From an uncultured Eubacteriales bacterium (GTDB lineage: Bacteria > Bacillota > Clostridia > Oscillospirales > Acutalibacteraceae): a stretch of 64,000 nucleotides of DNA. Positions 1 through 9,593 of the stretch are shown here, piece after piece; position 1 is the stretch's first letter; each line of letters starts with the position of its first letter. The notes under the pieces are model-generated. The model had not been told where the DNA came from and did not search any database. It was given only the letters and a program-made list of their open reading frames with translations. Made by a program: the position numbers and the translations under genes. The stretch covers positions 3,718 to 67,717 of the forward strand of contig CAKUPP010000002.1 in the NCBI GenBank assembly GCA_934675165.1. The letters run 5' to 3'.

Positions 1-143
1 ACACCAGTTGCCACCGTACCTGCGGTTTTAGTCATAGTGCTTTTACTTAAAGCATCATTTTTACAATTTGTTGCATCAACACCTGGAAGAAACGTAGCAG
101 TCAGCACTGCCAATGTTCCTATTGACAAAATTTTATTTTTCAT
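1..143 (-). CDS. 5' end (first ~47 codons) of a gene running off the left edge. Signal-peptide-like N-terminus MKNKILSIGTLAVLTATFLPG..., paralogous to the N-terminus of the LRR protein at 452..1489.
   Basis: Manual reverse translation from the ATG at 141-143. It has the same MKNK(I/V)LSI start and the same upstream 26-mer as the next gene. Confidence 0.45.
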   Translation of the reverse strand, partial: MKNKILSIGTLAVLTATFLPGVDATNCKNDALSKSTMTKTAGTVATG

Positions 144-193
144 AAAACAACATCACACCATCCTCTTTGTTTTTTATTCTATTTACAATCTTT

Positions 194-222
194 ATTTTAC
201 ATTAATATAACTAAAAAGTCAA
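194..222 (-). promoter_or_regulatory. Putative sigmaA-type promoter of the left-edge gene: TTGACT, 17-nt spacer, TAAAAT.
   Basis: -35 is the reverse complement of 217-222 and -10 the reverse complement of 194-199. It lies inside a 26-mer (186-211) duplicated at 1540-1565. Confidence 0.4.
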
Positions 223-451
223 GTGCATATAATAATTGCTTTTATAGTTACCCTGTCCTTCATAATATAATTTTGTATTAAAAGAATTCACTTCAATAAC
301 AAAAAATCTATCTGTCCACACGAACTTAAACAGATAGATTTTTTATATTTACATTTTTTTAAACTTTATCTTTAATTTTTTACTTTTTTATTGCTTTCAA
401 AAACTCTACCTTGTAATTGGACAACCATCAAATGCATTTTCTCCTATAGTT

Positions 452-1489
452 CTAATGCTCCTTGGAATTACTACCGATCTTAAATTTACACAGACTAAAA
501 GCTCTCTCGCCTATGCTTATAACACCTTCTGGTATCTCCATTAAGTTTAATTTTTCACAACTACTAAAAGCACTATCTCCTATATTTGTAACACTTTTTG
601 GAATTTCTGTTAATTTCAAATTCTCACAACTATAAAAAGCACACTCTCCTATACTTGTAACATTTTCTGGAATTTCTATTGATTTCAAATTTGTACAACC
701 TCTAAAAACCTCATTACCTATACTTGTAACACTTTTTGGAATTTTTATTGATTCCAAATTTTCACAACTATAAAAAGCGCCATCTCCTATACTTGTAACA
801 CTTTCTGGAATTTCTATTGATTTCAAATTTGTACAACAACTAAAAGCACTATCTCCTATACTTGTAACATTTTCTGGAATTATTACTGATTGTAAATTTT
901 TACGATTTTTATAAGCGTAATCTCTTATACATTCATTATCTTCCAAAATTGTTATTGATTTCAAATTTCTACAGCCATTAAAAGCGCTATCTCCTACGCT
1001 TGTAACACTTTCTGGAATTTTTACTGATTTTAATTTTGTATACTTTTTATAAGTGTAATTTTTTGTATTGTAACAGCATTTTAATTTGCTCTTCACCAAA
1101 TAAATTATACTTGTTTCACCTAGCGTAACAACAAACGATGGCAAATAACCATACCTCAAATCAGCGCATACTGCATAATAATACTCACGTATCTTCTTGT
1201 GAAACTCATCCGCATCTAACTTTATACTACCATTACCTGTATTATCCTGCTCATTCTTTATTTTTTTACACACTTCATTTGCCACTAATTCTTGATAATA
1301 GTTCCAACCTTTCATCATTCCATAAGCTATTAACCCGGCACCAGCTACACCCGCCGCTATACCGCCTACAGTTTTAACAATAGCACTTTTGCTCATTCCT
1401 TTATCTCCATAATTCATTGCACCAATATCCGGAAGAGACATAACCACCATTGTCATCGATGTTATTATTGACAAAACTTTATTTTTCAT
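452..1489 (-). CDS. BspA-like leucine-rich-repeat surface protein with a signal/anchor N-terminus and about eight 23-aa LRR units.
   Basis: Repeated IPxSVTSIGDxAFxxCxNLxSI units. Start moved to the ATG at 1489 (MKNKVLSI), which has GGAG upstream. Hydrophobic segments occur near the N-terminus. Confidence 0.75.
   Translation of the reverse strand: MKNKVLSIITSMTMVVMSLPDIGAMNYGDKGMSKSAIVKTVGGIAAGVAGAGLIAYGMMKGWNYYQELVANEVCKKIKNEQDNTGNGSIKLDADEFHKKIREYYYAVCADLRYGYLPSFVVTLGETSIIYLVKSKLKCCYNTKNYTYKKYTKLKSVKIPESVTSVGDSAFNGCRNLKSITILEDNECIRDYAYKNRKNLQSVIIPENVTSIGDSAFSCCTNLKSIEIPESVTSIGDGAFYSCENLESIKIPKSVTSIGNEVFRGCTNLKSIEIPENVTSIGECAFYSCENLKLTEIPKSVTNIGDSAFSSCEKLNLMEIPEGVISIGERAFSLCKFKIGSNSKEH
480..1025 (-). 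repeat. Tandem 69-bp (23-codon) LRR-coding repeats, with near-identical copies at 138-bp distance.
   Basis: For example, tctcctatacttgtaaca(t/c)tttctggaatttctattgatttcaaatttgtacaac occurs at about 645 and about 783. Confidence 0.7.
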
Positions 1490-1547
1490 AGAATAACTCC
1501 ACGCTCCCACGATCAATCTTTTAAAATTTATATTATTTGCAATCTTT

Positions 1548-1576
1548 ATTTTACATTAATATAACAAAAAATCAAT
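1548..1576 (-). promoter_or_regulatory. Putative promoter of the LRR gene: TTGATT-like -35 and TAAAAT -10, within the duplicated 26-mer.
   Basis: The 26-mer caatctttattttacattaatataac at 1540-1565 is identical to 186-211. The -10 is the reverse complement of 1548-1553. Confidence 0.35.
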
Positions 1577-1790
1577 CGCGAATAACGTTAATCTAATAAA
1601 ATTACAAACTTTTTTTCAACAATATGACTACGGACTTAAAATATCTTTTCTTACATAAACAATAACTATTTTAAATACTCTTAATCCGTAACATATAACA
1701 AGTTTCACCAAACTGCTTTCCATTTTTTAACACAAAGAAAAAACACATAAATCCTTACATCTAAATAAACAAAATACAATTCATTTTTTA

Positions 1791-3062
1791 TTACATTTTT
1801 AAATATTTCAGGCGCTTTATTTTTATTGCATTCAATGCACTTTCAACTGATTTTTTAGTTTTATCAAAACTTTCAGAGGTTCGTACCACACAATCGCACA
1901 TGCTCCAACTATATTCTTCACGTTCTCTTTTCATTCTGTTTTTTACCATTTGTTCAATTTCATTGGGCGATTTTTTACTATCATCCACACGATCAATCTG
2001 CCTACTTATCCGCTCTCTTTTATCCGCTAATAAATAAACCGTATATATATTAAAACCTTCGGTTGATAATAATACATTTGATTCTAAATTTTCTACTGCA
2101 TATGGATTAACTGCCATAACAATTTTCTGACCACAAAGTTGATCCTTAAAAACCCAATACCAATTATTTGAAAAATATGTAATAAACGCAATCGGGCGAC
2201 GTATAGTAGGAAGACTACTTAAATCAAATTTGTTATTAAGATCAACAAATTTATGTCCTATTTCACCTTCACTCCTACGCGGCCTAGTAGTGTAGCTATC
2301 TACTGCTTTATACTTTAACTCATTTACTAAATATTGCTGCATTGTAGTTTTTCCACTACCAGACTCACCTATTAAACATACAATTTCATTTTTATCAACT
2401 GGTTCTTTAACTGGAGACCCTTTAGGGTATGTTAAACTTTCCAGCGCACCACTATCCTCACTCACTCTTTCATCAAACACACTGCTAGAACTACTAAGTT
2501 CAGCACTTTTTTTCATACTTAAGTCACCACAATTACTGCTATTTTGCAAAATCTTTTTCTCTGTACTGACCATATTATCTGACAAAGCATAACGATATTC
2601 AGATGAGTTAATTTTAAACTTTATTAATGTTTTAACACAAGGTGGAATGTTAATGCTATTACATGCACATTGACACTTTTGAAAAGCCTCCACATTTATT
2701 GATTCAACTGAATCTGGTATTAATAATGGACCTGTTTTGGCCCTAGGGCATGCTATGAGCTGTTTTATTCCAATATCATATATTAACCCATCCTGCGAAT
2801 TATAGTGCTTATTTCCTTTTGCAACATCAATTGATTCTAACTCTTCGAATAGATCAATAAAATTAAATAAATTATCATATACATTTGTAACCGATTCTCC
2901 AACTGTTAATCTCTTTAAATATTTTCTAGAAACTTCAATAAAAATCACTACAAAAACATCTTTATCTAGTTCTGTTTCATTACCAATAGCGTAAAAACAC
3001 GAACCCATAAGCAAAACAATCAAATAAATAGAACTTATTACTTTAAGAAAATACTTTTTCAT
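1791..3062 (-). CDS. Secreted protein fusing an N-terminal BspA-type LRR segment to a C-terminal guanylate-kinase-like P-loop domain.
   Basis: Hydrophobic N-terminal signal. LRR-like ESVTNVYDNLF and DSVESINVEAF. P-loop GESGSGKTT followed by SYTTRPRRSEGE, the guanylate kinase TTRxxRxxE signature. Confidence 0.6.
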   Translation of the reverse strand: MKKYFLKVISSIYLIVLLMGSCFYAIGNETELDKDVFVVIFIEVSRKYLKRLTVGESVTNVYDNLFNFIDLFEELESIDVAKGNKHYNSQDGLIYDIGIKQLIACPRAKTGPLLIPDSVESINVEAFQKCQCACNSINIPPCVKTLIKFKINSSEYRYALSDNMVSTEKKILQNSSNCGDLSMKKSAELSSSSSVFDERVSEDSGALESLTYPKGSPVKEPVDKNEIVCLIGESGSGKTTMQQYLVNELKYKAVDSYTTRPRRSEGEIGHKFVDLNNKFDLSSLPTIRRPIAFITYFSNNWYWVFKDQLCGQKIVMAVNPYAVENLESNVLLSTEGFNIYTVYLLADKRERISRQIDRVDDSKKSPNEIEQMVKNRMKREREEYSWSMCDCVVRTSESFDKTKKSVESALNAIKIKRLKYLKM

Positions 3063-3254
3063 ACCTAAACAAATCCTCTTGATTTTTTAATCTTTATCTA
3101 TACCGGCTACTAACATTCAATAATTAAATAAGCCATCAATACATTAGTTAAAAATAACATGTGGATATTATATACCATTTTAAATTAATTTTCAAACATA
3201 ATTTTAATTTTTAAATAATATTGTTTAACATTTCAAATCATAGAATCATCATAA

Positions 3255-3896
3255 TTAAATGATTGTTTTAGTTACATAAAATTTACATACATCTTTTAAA
3301 CAACATGCAGAACACACTGGTTTTTTTGCCTTACAAACCGCTCTGCCATGATCTACAAGCCTATGTGAAAATTTTGTTTGTTCATGATCTGGTATAATTT
3401 TTTTCATAATTGATTCAATTTTTTTAGCATCTTTTATACTGTGAAATCCGAGGCGCCTGGTGACTCTCATAAAATGTGTATCTACTATAATAGCCGGCTT
3501 CCCATATATAGTCGCCAAAATAACATTCGCAGTTTTACGGCCAATCCCTGGAAGCGATATTAAATCTTTCATATTATCTGGAACATTACCCAAAAAATTA
3601 TTTTTTATTTTTTTACACATTTCTATTATGTCAAAAGACTTAATGTGGTAAAATCCGCATGGCTTTATATAATTTTCAAGCTCATCTACCGATGCTAAAG
3701 AAAAATCTTCCACATTTTTATAGTGGCAAAAAAGATTAGGTGTCACAGAATTTACTCTGGAATCTGTACACTGTGCCGCAAGTCTAGTCGCAATTAATAA
3801 TTCTAATGGATTGCTATAATTTAAAGTACATTTTGTCGTTGGATACTCCTTTTTCAACCTTTCAATTACTTCCAAAACTTTTTCTTTTGCATTCAT
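3255..3896 (-). CDS. nth: Endonuclease III (DNA glycosylase/AP lyase).
   Basis: HhH-GPD motifs LIATRLAAQCTD and GIGRKTANVIL. C-terminal C-x6-C-x2-C-x5-C Fe-S motif CKAKKPVCSACCLKDVC. Confidence 0.9.
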   Translation of the reverse strand: MNAKEKVLEVIERLKKEYPTTKCTLNYSNPLELLIATRLAAQCTDSRVNSVTPNLFCHYKNVEDFSLASVDELENYIKPCGFYHIKSFDIIEMCKKIKNNFLGNVPDNMKDLISLPGIGRKTANVILATIYGKPAIIVDTHFMRVTRRLGFHSIKDAKKIESIMKKIIPDHEQTKFSHRLVDHGRAVCKAKKPVCSACCLKDVCKFYVTKTII

Positions 3897-4018
3897 TTTT
3901 TAACGTCACACTTTCTCATCATTAGTAATTATGGCCAACAGTATATGTTTAACAATAATGTATTACAGTATTTACAACAAATATCTCCTCACCAATTTAC
4001 ATTTCTATTTTATAAACT

Positions 4019-4061
4019 AAAAAAAGCGAGATACGCCAATTAAAGCAAATCTCGTCTTTTT
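4019..4061 (-). terminator. Rho-independent terminator after rpsR.
   Basis: Stem gcgagat/atctcgt flanked by an A-run and a T-run. Confidence 0.55.
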
Positions 4062-4077
4062 AGTTAACTTTTTAAAT

Positions 4078-4341
4078 TTAGTCACTAGTATAAGGTAATA
4101 AAGAAAGATAACGAGCTCTCTTTATTGCTGTCGTCAAATCACGTTGATGTTTTGCACATGTACCGGTCACTCTACGAGGCAATATTTTTGCGCGTTCTGA
4201 AATAAAACGTCTAAGTTTACCATATTCTTTATAATCAATATTCCCCATAGACTTTTCAACGCAAAAAGCACAAACCTTTCTTCTAGCTCTGCGATTGTTT
4301 TTCATCTCGCGTCTATCTGTTCTTTCAGTTTTTTCTACCAT
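4078..4341 (-). CDS. rpsR: 30S ribosomal protein S18.
   Basis: RRKVCAFC motif, size, and position after ssb. Confidence 0.95.
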   Translation of the reverse strand: MVEKTERTDRREMKNNRRARRKVCAFCVEKSMGNIDYKEYGKLRRFISERAKILPRRVTGTCAKHQRDLTTAIKRARYLSLLPYTSD

Positions 4342-4380
4342 GTAGTTCCATACCTCCTAACTTTTCATTTATTTAAATTA

Positions 4381-4830
4381 CTAAAAGGGCAAATCATCAT
4401 CTGTCTCTATAGTTTGAAAATCCGCACTGCTACCATTTAAATAAGCAGAAATATCATCACCGGATTTCTCATCAGAAAATTGTGTAGACCCAGATTCAGC
4501 AAGTCGGCTTTTTTTAGATTCGACAAACTGTACATTATCGACTACTACTTCAACAGCCTTACGTTTATTACCTTCTTTATCTTGATACAAACGAACCTGA
4601 AGTGAACCTTGAACACCTATAAGATTTCCTTTTTGAAAATACTTACAAACAAACTCTGCATTTGATCTCCACGCTACTACGTCTATAAAATCTGTTTGCC
4701 GTTCTTCAGCATTCTTTGAATATCTTCTATCCACTGCTATAGTAAAACTAGTAACAGCAACGTCATTTGGAGTATGCCTGAGTTCAGGATCAGCTACCAA
4801 TCTCCCGGTAAGTACAACTATATTAAACAT
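4381..4830 (-). CDS. ssb: Single-stranded DNA-binding protein.
   Basis: OB-fold N-terminus NIVVLTGRLVADPELR and acidic C-terminal tip DDDLPF. Confidence 0.95.
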   Translation of the reverse strand: MFNIVVLTGRLVADPELRHTPNDVAVTSFTIAVDRRYSKNAEERQTDFIDVVAWRSNAEFVCKYFQKGNLIGVQGSLQVRLYQDKEGNKRKAVEVVVDNVQFVESKKSRLAESGSTQFSDEKSGDDISAYLNGSSADFQTIETDDDLPF

Positions 4831-4843
4831 ATTTTTTCTCCCT

Positions 4844-5128
4844 TTATGCAGATTTTTTAACTATCATAGATCTTAAAACACCGTCAGTTATTCCACATAT
4901 ACGATTCAATTCCTTAGGGAACTGCGAATCACTCGTGAAAGTAAATATAACATACTCACCTTCAAACTCTTTATTAATTGGGTAAACTAACTTTTTCTTT
5001 CCCCATGTTGTCATATCTGTAAGCTTTGCATTTTTCTCAATTAAATCTTTAAACTTTGTAACAAGTTCTTCAGTTTTTTCGCCTAATTTTACAGATGCTA
5101 CCAACACAAATTCATAAGAACATTCCAT
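4844..5128 (-). CDS. rpsF: 30S ribosomal protein S6.
   Basis: Size, YE..L N-terminus and the conserved rpsF-ssb-rpsR order. GGAGG lies upstream. Confidence 0.9.
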   Translation of the reverse strand: MECSYEFVLVASVKLGEKTEELVTKFKDLIEKNAKLTDMTTWGKKKLVYPINKEFEGEYVIFTFTSDSQFPKELNRICGITDGVLRSMIVKKSA

Positions 5129-5196
5129 TTCTATGCCACCTCCTCTTGGACTTAAGACTTCGTTTTCACCGAAGTAAGGATAGTTTGGCTACAACA

Positions 5197-5225
5197 AACC
5201 TTAGTAATTCTATCATAAATTCATG
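5197..5225 (-). promoter_or_regulatory. rpsF operon promoter: TTGACT, 17 nt, TGaTAGAAT (extended -10).
   Basis: -35 is the reverse complement of 5220-5225 and -10 the reverse complement of 5197-5202. A hairpin (acttcg/cgaagt) lies between it and the RBS and may be the S6:S18 autoregulatory leader. Confidence 0.55.
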
Positions 5226-5380
5226 ACCAAGTCAACTAGTAAGTTGCAATATAAATGCGTATTTTTATGGCTTGATGTGTACAAATTGGTATTGGTTTCT
5301 CTCAACAATTTTATTGCCTCATATATTGTTAATAAAAGTTTTTTAGTTGCATCAATTATATCAATCGTAAATCGACATAA

Positions 5381-5430
5381 CAAAAGAGCGAGGAAGCCCT
5401 CGCCCTTTCGCAACAAAACTTACCCTGCGA
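5381..5430 (-). ncRNA. Candidate ~50-nt small RNA or orphan attenuator. It has two hairpins, the second an intrinsic terminator.
   Basis: Predicted transcript UCGCAGGGUAAGUUUUGUUGCGAAAGGGCGAGGGCUUCCUCGCUCUUUUG. Hairpins are UUCGCA/UGCGAA and GGGCGAGG/CCUCGCUC followed by a U-run. It lies directly downstream of the consensus promoter at 5436-5464. Confidence 0.4.
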
Positions 5431-5435
5431 AGAGC

Positions 5436-5464
5436 ATTGTATCACTATCAAAATTAATTGTCAA
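5436..5464 (-). promoter_or_regulatory. Consensus sigmaA promoter: TTGACA, 17 nt, TACAAT.
   Basis: -35 is the reverse complement of 5459-5464 and -10 the reverse complement of 5436-5441. The spacer is exactly 17 nt. Confidence 0.55.
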
Positions 5465-5596
5465 GCATTTGTGTGTTAAAATTTATATTAAAATTAAATT
5501 AATTTTCAAAATAAATGTACAAATGGAATTTCAATTTGCACTTACTCCGAGAATTAATCACCAATAACATAATTTGTAATCTTGTCAAAATTTTTA

Positions 5597-5625
5597 TTGA
5601 AAAAAAACACAAAACGTGGTAGAAT
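5597..5625 (+). promoter_or_regulatory. Promoter of the hypothetical gene and secG: TTGAAA, 17 nt, TGgTAGAAT.
   Basis: Read directly from the sequence. It overlaps the GTG start proposed by the ORF track at 5616, which argues for the later ATG. Confidence 0.5.
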
Positions 5626-5666
5626 CAATCCGTAAGAACAAAATATTTAGAATTTGTGGTGTGAAC

Positions 5667-5972
5667 ATGAAAAATACTAAATCAAAAAAAGATACAAAAA
5701 AATTCTTTGAGTACAAGGGGAAGCCTCTTGTACGTTGTGGCGATGTAATGTATTACGGCAACATGAAAGATAAATATGTTGCACGCATACAAAGCACGAA
5801 CTATAAAATAGTTGCAGATACACAAATTGCTTCATTAGTAAAAGTAGATCTGATTGACACCAGTGATGATTTGTCTTGCACTAAAAAAATAATCAAAACT
5901 AGTGAAAAGTCAGGGTTATATCCTGCTTTAGATATTGCAGCAACTTGGATGAATAGAGCTTCAGCTGAATAA
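5667..5972 (+). CDS. Hypothetical small basic protein (101 aa from MKNTKSKKD).
   Basis: Open frame. Start moved to the ATG at 5667 because the promoter -10 lies at 5620-5625. No motif recognised. Confidence 0.45.
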   Translation: MKNTKSKKDTKKFFEYKGKPLVRCGDVMYYGNMKDKYVARIQSTNYKIVADTQIASLVKVDLIDTSDDLSCTKKIIKTSEKSGLYPALDIAATWMNRASAE

Positions 5973-5993
5973 TTTAAAAATAATTTTTGTGAG

Positions 5994-6263
5994 GTGTTTA
6001 CTTTGAGTACTATTGAACTTGTTATGGGTATTTTACTTTTGATTTTAAGCATTGCAATTGTAATGGTTGTCCTTTTTCAAGAAGGTCATCAAAGAAGTAT
6101 GGGCGCAATTACCGGAGGTGGCTCCGATACGTTTTTGACAAAAAACAAATCCCGATCCATTGATGCTTTTCTTGCACGTTGGACTAGGACCATCTCAATT
6201 GGTTTTTTCTTAGCTGTAATATTCATTAATGCCATTATGTATTTTCATATTTTTGGCGCATAA
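5994..6263 (+). CDS. secG: Preprotein translocase subunit SecG.
   Basis: Two TM segments separated by a Gly-rich loop (ITGGGSDTFL) and typical size. The start could instead be the TTG at 6003. Confidence 0.7.
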   Translation: MFTLSTIELVMGILLLILSIAIVMVVLFQEGHQRSMGAITGGGSDTFLTKNKSRSIDAFLARWTRTISIGFFLAVIFINAIMYFHIFGA

Positions 6264-6281
6264 ACAAAATAACCGCTTATC

Positions 6282-6309
6282 ACCCGTCGATTTATTTCGG
6301 CGGGTTTTA
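6282..6309 (+). terminator. Intrinsic terminator between the convergent secG and spo0A genes.
   Basis: 9-bp stem acccgtcga/tcggcgggt followed by tttt. Confidence 0.6.
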
Positions 6310-6353
6310 TTATTTTAAAAATATCAATTTTACCTAAATAACCTCTCTCCATC

Positions 6354-7154
6354 CTAACTCGCAGATTTAAGACTCAACCTAAGTTTATCACTTATCATTG
6401 CAATAAATTCTGAATTTGTTGGCTTACCACGAGAATTATGAATAGTATAGCCAAAATACGAATTTAAGATATCAACATCGCCTCTATCCCATGCAACTTC
6501 GATTGCATGACGAATAGCACGCTCAACTCTTGACGAAGTTGTTTCAAAACATTTTGCAACCGCGGGGTACAATTTCTTTGTGACTGAATTAAGTATTCCA
6601 GGATTTTCAACACACATTAGTATAGAAGTGCGTAAATAATGATAACCCTTTATGTGAGCGGGGACTCCTATTTGATGCAATATACCGGTTATTCTTACTT
6701 CCATGTCAGACTCGGATTCACATTCGGGGGGAATTATCGGTGCTATATAGCTAGTAGGTTTAACCTTATTCAAAGCGCTTTTATACCTTATTTGTAACAC
6801 TTTTTCAATAATATCAGCGTAACTCACTGGTTTAATCATAAAACAAGACGCTCCAGCAGTCATAACTTCTCGTTCAAGAGAAGGACGCCCAAAATTAGAT
6901 ACCACAATAAATGACGGCATCTCAATCCTCCTATTTTTACGGATATTTGTAATTATACCTATGGCGTCTATTCTTGGCATAAATAAGTCCATTATAACTA
7001 CATCTGGACACGAATTTTCGATTATTTCGATTATTTTGAATCCATCTTTGGGCAAAAACGACAAATCCATAGAATAATGTTTAAACATATCCAATGCCTC
7101 TCTATCAAATTCTGCGCACTCTTCTGAAATAAGAATTTTTAACCGATTTTGCAT
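6354..7154 (-). CDS. spo0A: Sporulation master regulator Spo0A.
   Basis: Receiver domain plus the Spo0A-specific C-terminal signature [15 protein letters not shown]. Start set to the ATG at 7154 (MQNRLKILI), which has GGGAGG upstream. Confidence 0.95.
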   Translation of the reverse strand: MQNRLKILISEECAEFDREALDMFKHYSMDLSFLPKDGFKIIEIIENSCPDVVIMDLFMPRIDAIGIITNIRKNRRIEMPSFIVVSNFGRPSLEREVMTAGASCFMIKPVSYADIIEKVLQIRYKSALNKVKPTSYIAPIIPPECESESDMEVRITGILHQIGVPAHIKGYHYLRTSILMCVENPGILNSVTKKLYPAVAKCFETTSSRVERAIRHAIEVAWDRGDVDILNSYFGYTIHNSRGKPTNSEFIAMISDKLRLSLKSAS

Positions 7155-7273
7155 AATTTTTCCTCCCGATAAATATAGTTTATGATATTTATATTTACAT
7201 AAACCACCAAATATGTCAATAGTTTTCCTAAGATTTAACATTATTCGTTACATTTGTAAAAATATGCTATTTT

Positions 7274-8521
7274 TCAATGTCCCTTTTTGTACCCCGGCTC
7301 AAAAACCTTAGCAGAATTTGTCAGCATAGTTTCGGCAAAGATCCCATATCCACGAACAGGATTATTCACAAAAACATGAGTAATGGCGCCCACAAGCAAT
7401 CCATTCTGAATTATAGGACTACCGCTCATTCCTTGTACTATACCGCCTGTTTTTTCCAGCAATTCCTTATCAATTATTGAAATTTTTAAATTTTTTGTTG
7501 GAGAATTTACATTGTAGTTCACAGAATCAATATTAATATCATAATATCGAGGTTTGTCACCATCTATAGTGCTTAAAATTTTCGCCATCCCCTTTTTTAC
7601 TTGTTGCTTCATTCCTACCTCAATAGGAGCATTATTACAAGGGGGACAATCGATGCTACCATACACTCCTGTGCTACTATTACCATAAATTTTTCCGATA
7701 GATTTTTGACTGCAAAAACAACCTACAAGTTCACCCGGTACACCACTTTCTCCTTTGTTTACATCAATAATGGAAGCATTAACGATATCTCCTCTTTTCA
7801 ACGGTACAATATTGCCAGTATCACAGTCGCATATTCCATGGCCAAGGCCAGCAAAAATATTATCTTCACATCGACAAAAAGTAAGTGTACCTATACCTGC
7901 CAATCCATCTCTCACCCATATTCCAGCACGATATTTATTATCATCGCTGCACATTAATGGTGTTAATTTTAACTCTAATTTTTTCTCATCGCGCAAGACT
8001 TCCAGCGTTATTTCCTTACCTTCTGATTCTTCAATTACAGATTCTAACGACTCATTACTAAAGATTTCTTTTTGATCAGCATAAATAATCACATCACCTT
8101 TGCGAAGGCCAGCAGTTTTACCAGGACTTTGGACATCCATGCCAATATTTACTCCATCAACATCAGTAACAATTGCACCACAACTATGAATTTTCACACC
8201 AAATGGTGTCCCGCAGGGTATAACTCTTGTCTTTGGTGCAACATTTACACATACCGTTTTCACGGGGAAAATGTTGAAAAAACTAAGTTTTGCCATATTA
8301 TGAATTTTTTTATTTCCCCAAGCCGAACTGTTAACCCTTATATACCCTCGTTTTTCTTTGATTTCTGACACCGAAAATGGCGGTATCTCAAAATTCAGCA
8401 AACTATTCTCATTTACTTCAAAATTATCCGGAAAAGTAATCCCTGCGTACGCTATAACTGTGAAAATAACACATGTAATTACTGCAGATAACGCCGATAG
8501 ACTTTGAAAAAGCTTTTTCAT
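7274..8521 (-). CDS. spoIVB: SpoIVB stage IV sporulation signalling peptidase (S55) with a PDZ domain.
   Basis: GIGTLTF...GLGHGI and GMSGSPI catalytic motifs, and a PDZ-like segment GLRKGDVI. Start set to the ATG at 8521, which has GGAGG 8 nt upstream. Confidence 0.9.
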   Translation of the reverse strand: MKKLFQSLSALSAVITCVIFTVIAYAGITFPDNFEVNENSLLNFEIPPFSVSEIKEKRGYIRVNSSAWGNKKIHNMAKLSFFNIFPVKTVCVNVAPKTRVIPCGTPFGVKIHSCGAIVTDVDGVNIGMDVQSPGKTAGLRKGDVIIYADQKEIFSNESLESVIEESEGKEITLEVLRDEKKLELKLTPLMCSDDNKYRAGIWVRDGLAGIGTLTFCRCEDNIFAGLGHGICDCDTGNIVPLKRGDIVNASIIDVNKGESGVPGELVGCFCSQKSIGKIYGNSSTGVYGSIDCPPCNNAPIEVGMKQQVKKGMAKILSTIDGDKPRYYDINIDSVNYNVNSPTKNLKISIIDKELLEKTGGIVQGMSGSPIIQNGLLVGAITHVFVNNPVRGYGIFAETMLTNSAKVFEPGYKKGH

Positions 8522-8747
8522 CACATTCACCTCCAAAATTTGCGTCGAATACTAAAATTCAGAATGCTTTAGAAATAAATTTTGTAAAAATAAGCATTTT
8601 TTTGTAGATAAATTTATTATTAGCATTTTGATAAGAATACACAAAAGAAAATGTTGGTTAAGAAAATAACAATTTTTTAGTTGTGTATTAAAAATTCTAT
8701 GGTAAAATTAATAGTATAAACTTTTTACTTTTAGGAGTGAATATATT

Positions 8748-9512
8748 TTGGATAGAAATTGCTTTGAAATAATCTATGATACTTTAATTAACAGCGATAA
8801 ACTCAAGGATTTCAAAATTGAAAAATCAAAAAACAATACTCTAACTCTAACCAACTCAAACAGTTCATATGAAATAAATTTTGATCCTCCAACTAGTAAG
8901 ATAAATTTGTGGGCAAAAAATGCGAGTGGAGAAATCAAAAAACTTTCTTCTTGGTTACTCAACACCGAATTTTCACAAAAAGATTTAACAATGATTTCCA
9001 ACGATTTTATAGAAACAATGATAGGGAAAGAACAAATCACACTAAAGGCCAAAAAACAGAAAAATTCTTCTGATGATAGCAATGTAACAGGTATTTTTTT
9101 CGCAAATCGCATGGCAACCATGTTCCCCGAGCTCAAAGAAAAAATTCAGGATGAAAAAAATTCATACGAAGAATTCAGATCTGCATTTTTTGCAAAAAAC
9201 GACATATTACCCACCATAAATAATTTTCTTAAAAACGAAAAAAATGTTTCTCGCGTAAAAAAATTGGGTAAACTCATAAGTGATCTGTATAAAAACGCTA
9301 CCTTAGATGTTAAAAGCATAATAACAATGGCTATACTAAACGGGCTGGATGAATCTGTTATTTCAAAAGACTTTGAAGATTATCTGGGCAATGAACTATT
9401 AAAATCATGGGGATATGCAAAAAAATATAAAAATAAAAAAGTCAAACCCGAAAAACCAAAAAAGCGCAAATCACTGCTTTCGCAAGCATTAAATGCACAG
9501 ATCGACAAGTAA
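8748..9512 (+). CDS. Hypothetical protein with a Lys-rich C-terminal tail.
   Basis: Open frame with a TTG start 8 nt after AGGAG. No motif recognised. Confidence 0.45.
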   Translation: MDRNCFEIIYDTLINSDKLKDFKIEKSKNNTLTLTNSNSSYEINFDPPTSKINLWAKNASGEIKKLSSWLLNTEFSQKDLTMISNDFIETMIGKEQITLKAKKQKNSSDDSNVTGIFFANRMATMFPELKEKIQDEKNSYEEFRSAFFAKNDILPTINNFLKNEKNVSRVKKLGKLISDLYKNATLDVKSIITMAILNGLDESVISKDFEDYLGNELLKSWGYAKKYKNKKVKPEKPKKRKSLLSQALNAQIDK

Positions 9513-9593
9513 GCAAGCCAGTAATTAAGTGCATGCTTGCTTACATCACTTAACTATGCACGCTACTCAATACACATAATCAATTGCAGCCAA

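Noticed and set aside
5213-5567. Overlapping 67-aa (-) and 114-aa (+) ORFs in the rpsF upstream region.
   Set aside because: They have no RBS and AT-driven Ile/Lys/Leu-rich composition. The region is better explained by two promoters and a terminator.
7277-8368. Four plus-strand ORFs of 67-118 aa.
   Set aside because: All are antisense to spoIVB, which carries clear S55 catalytic motifs.
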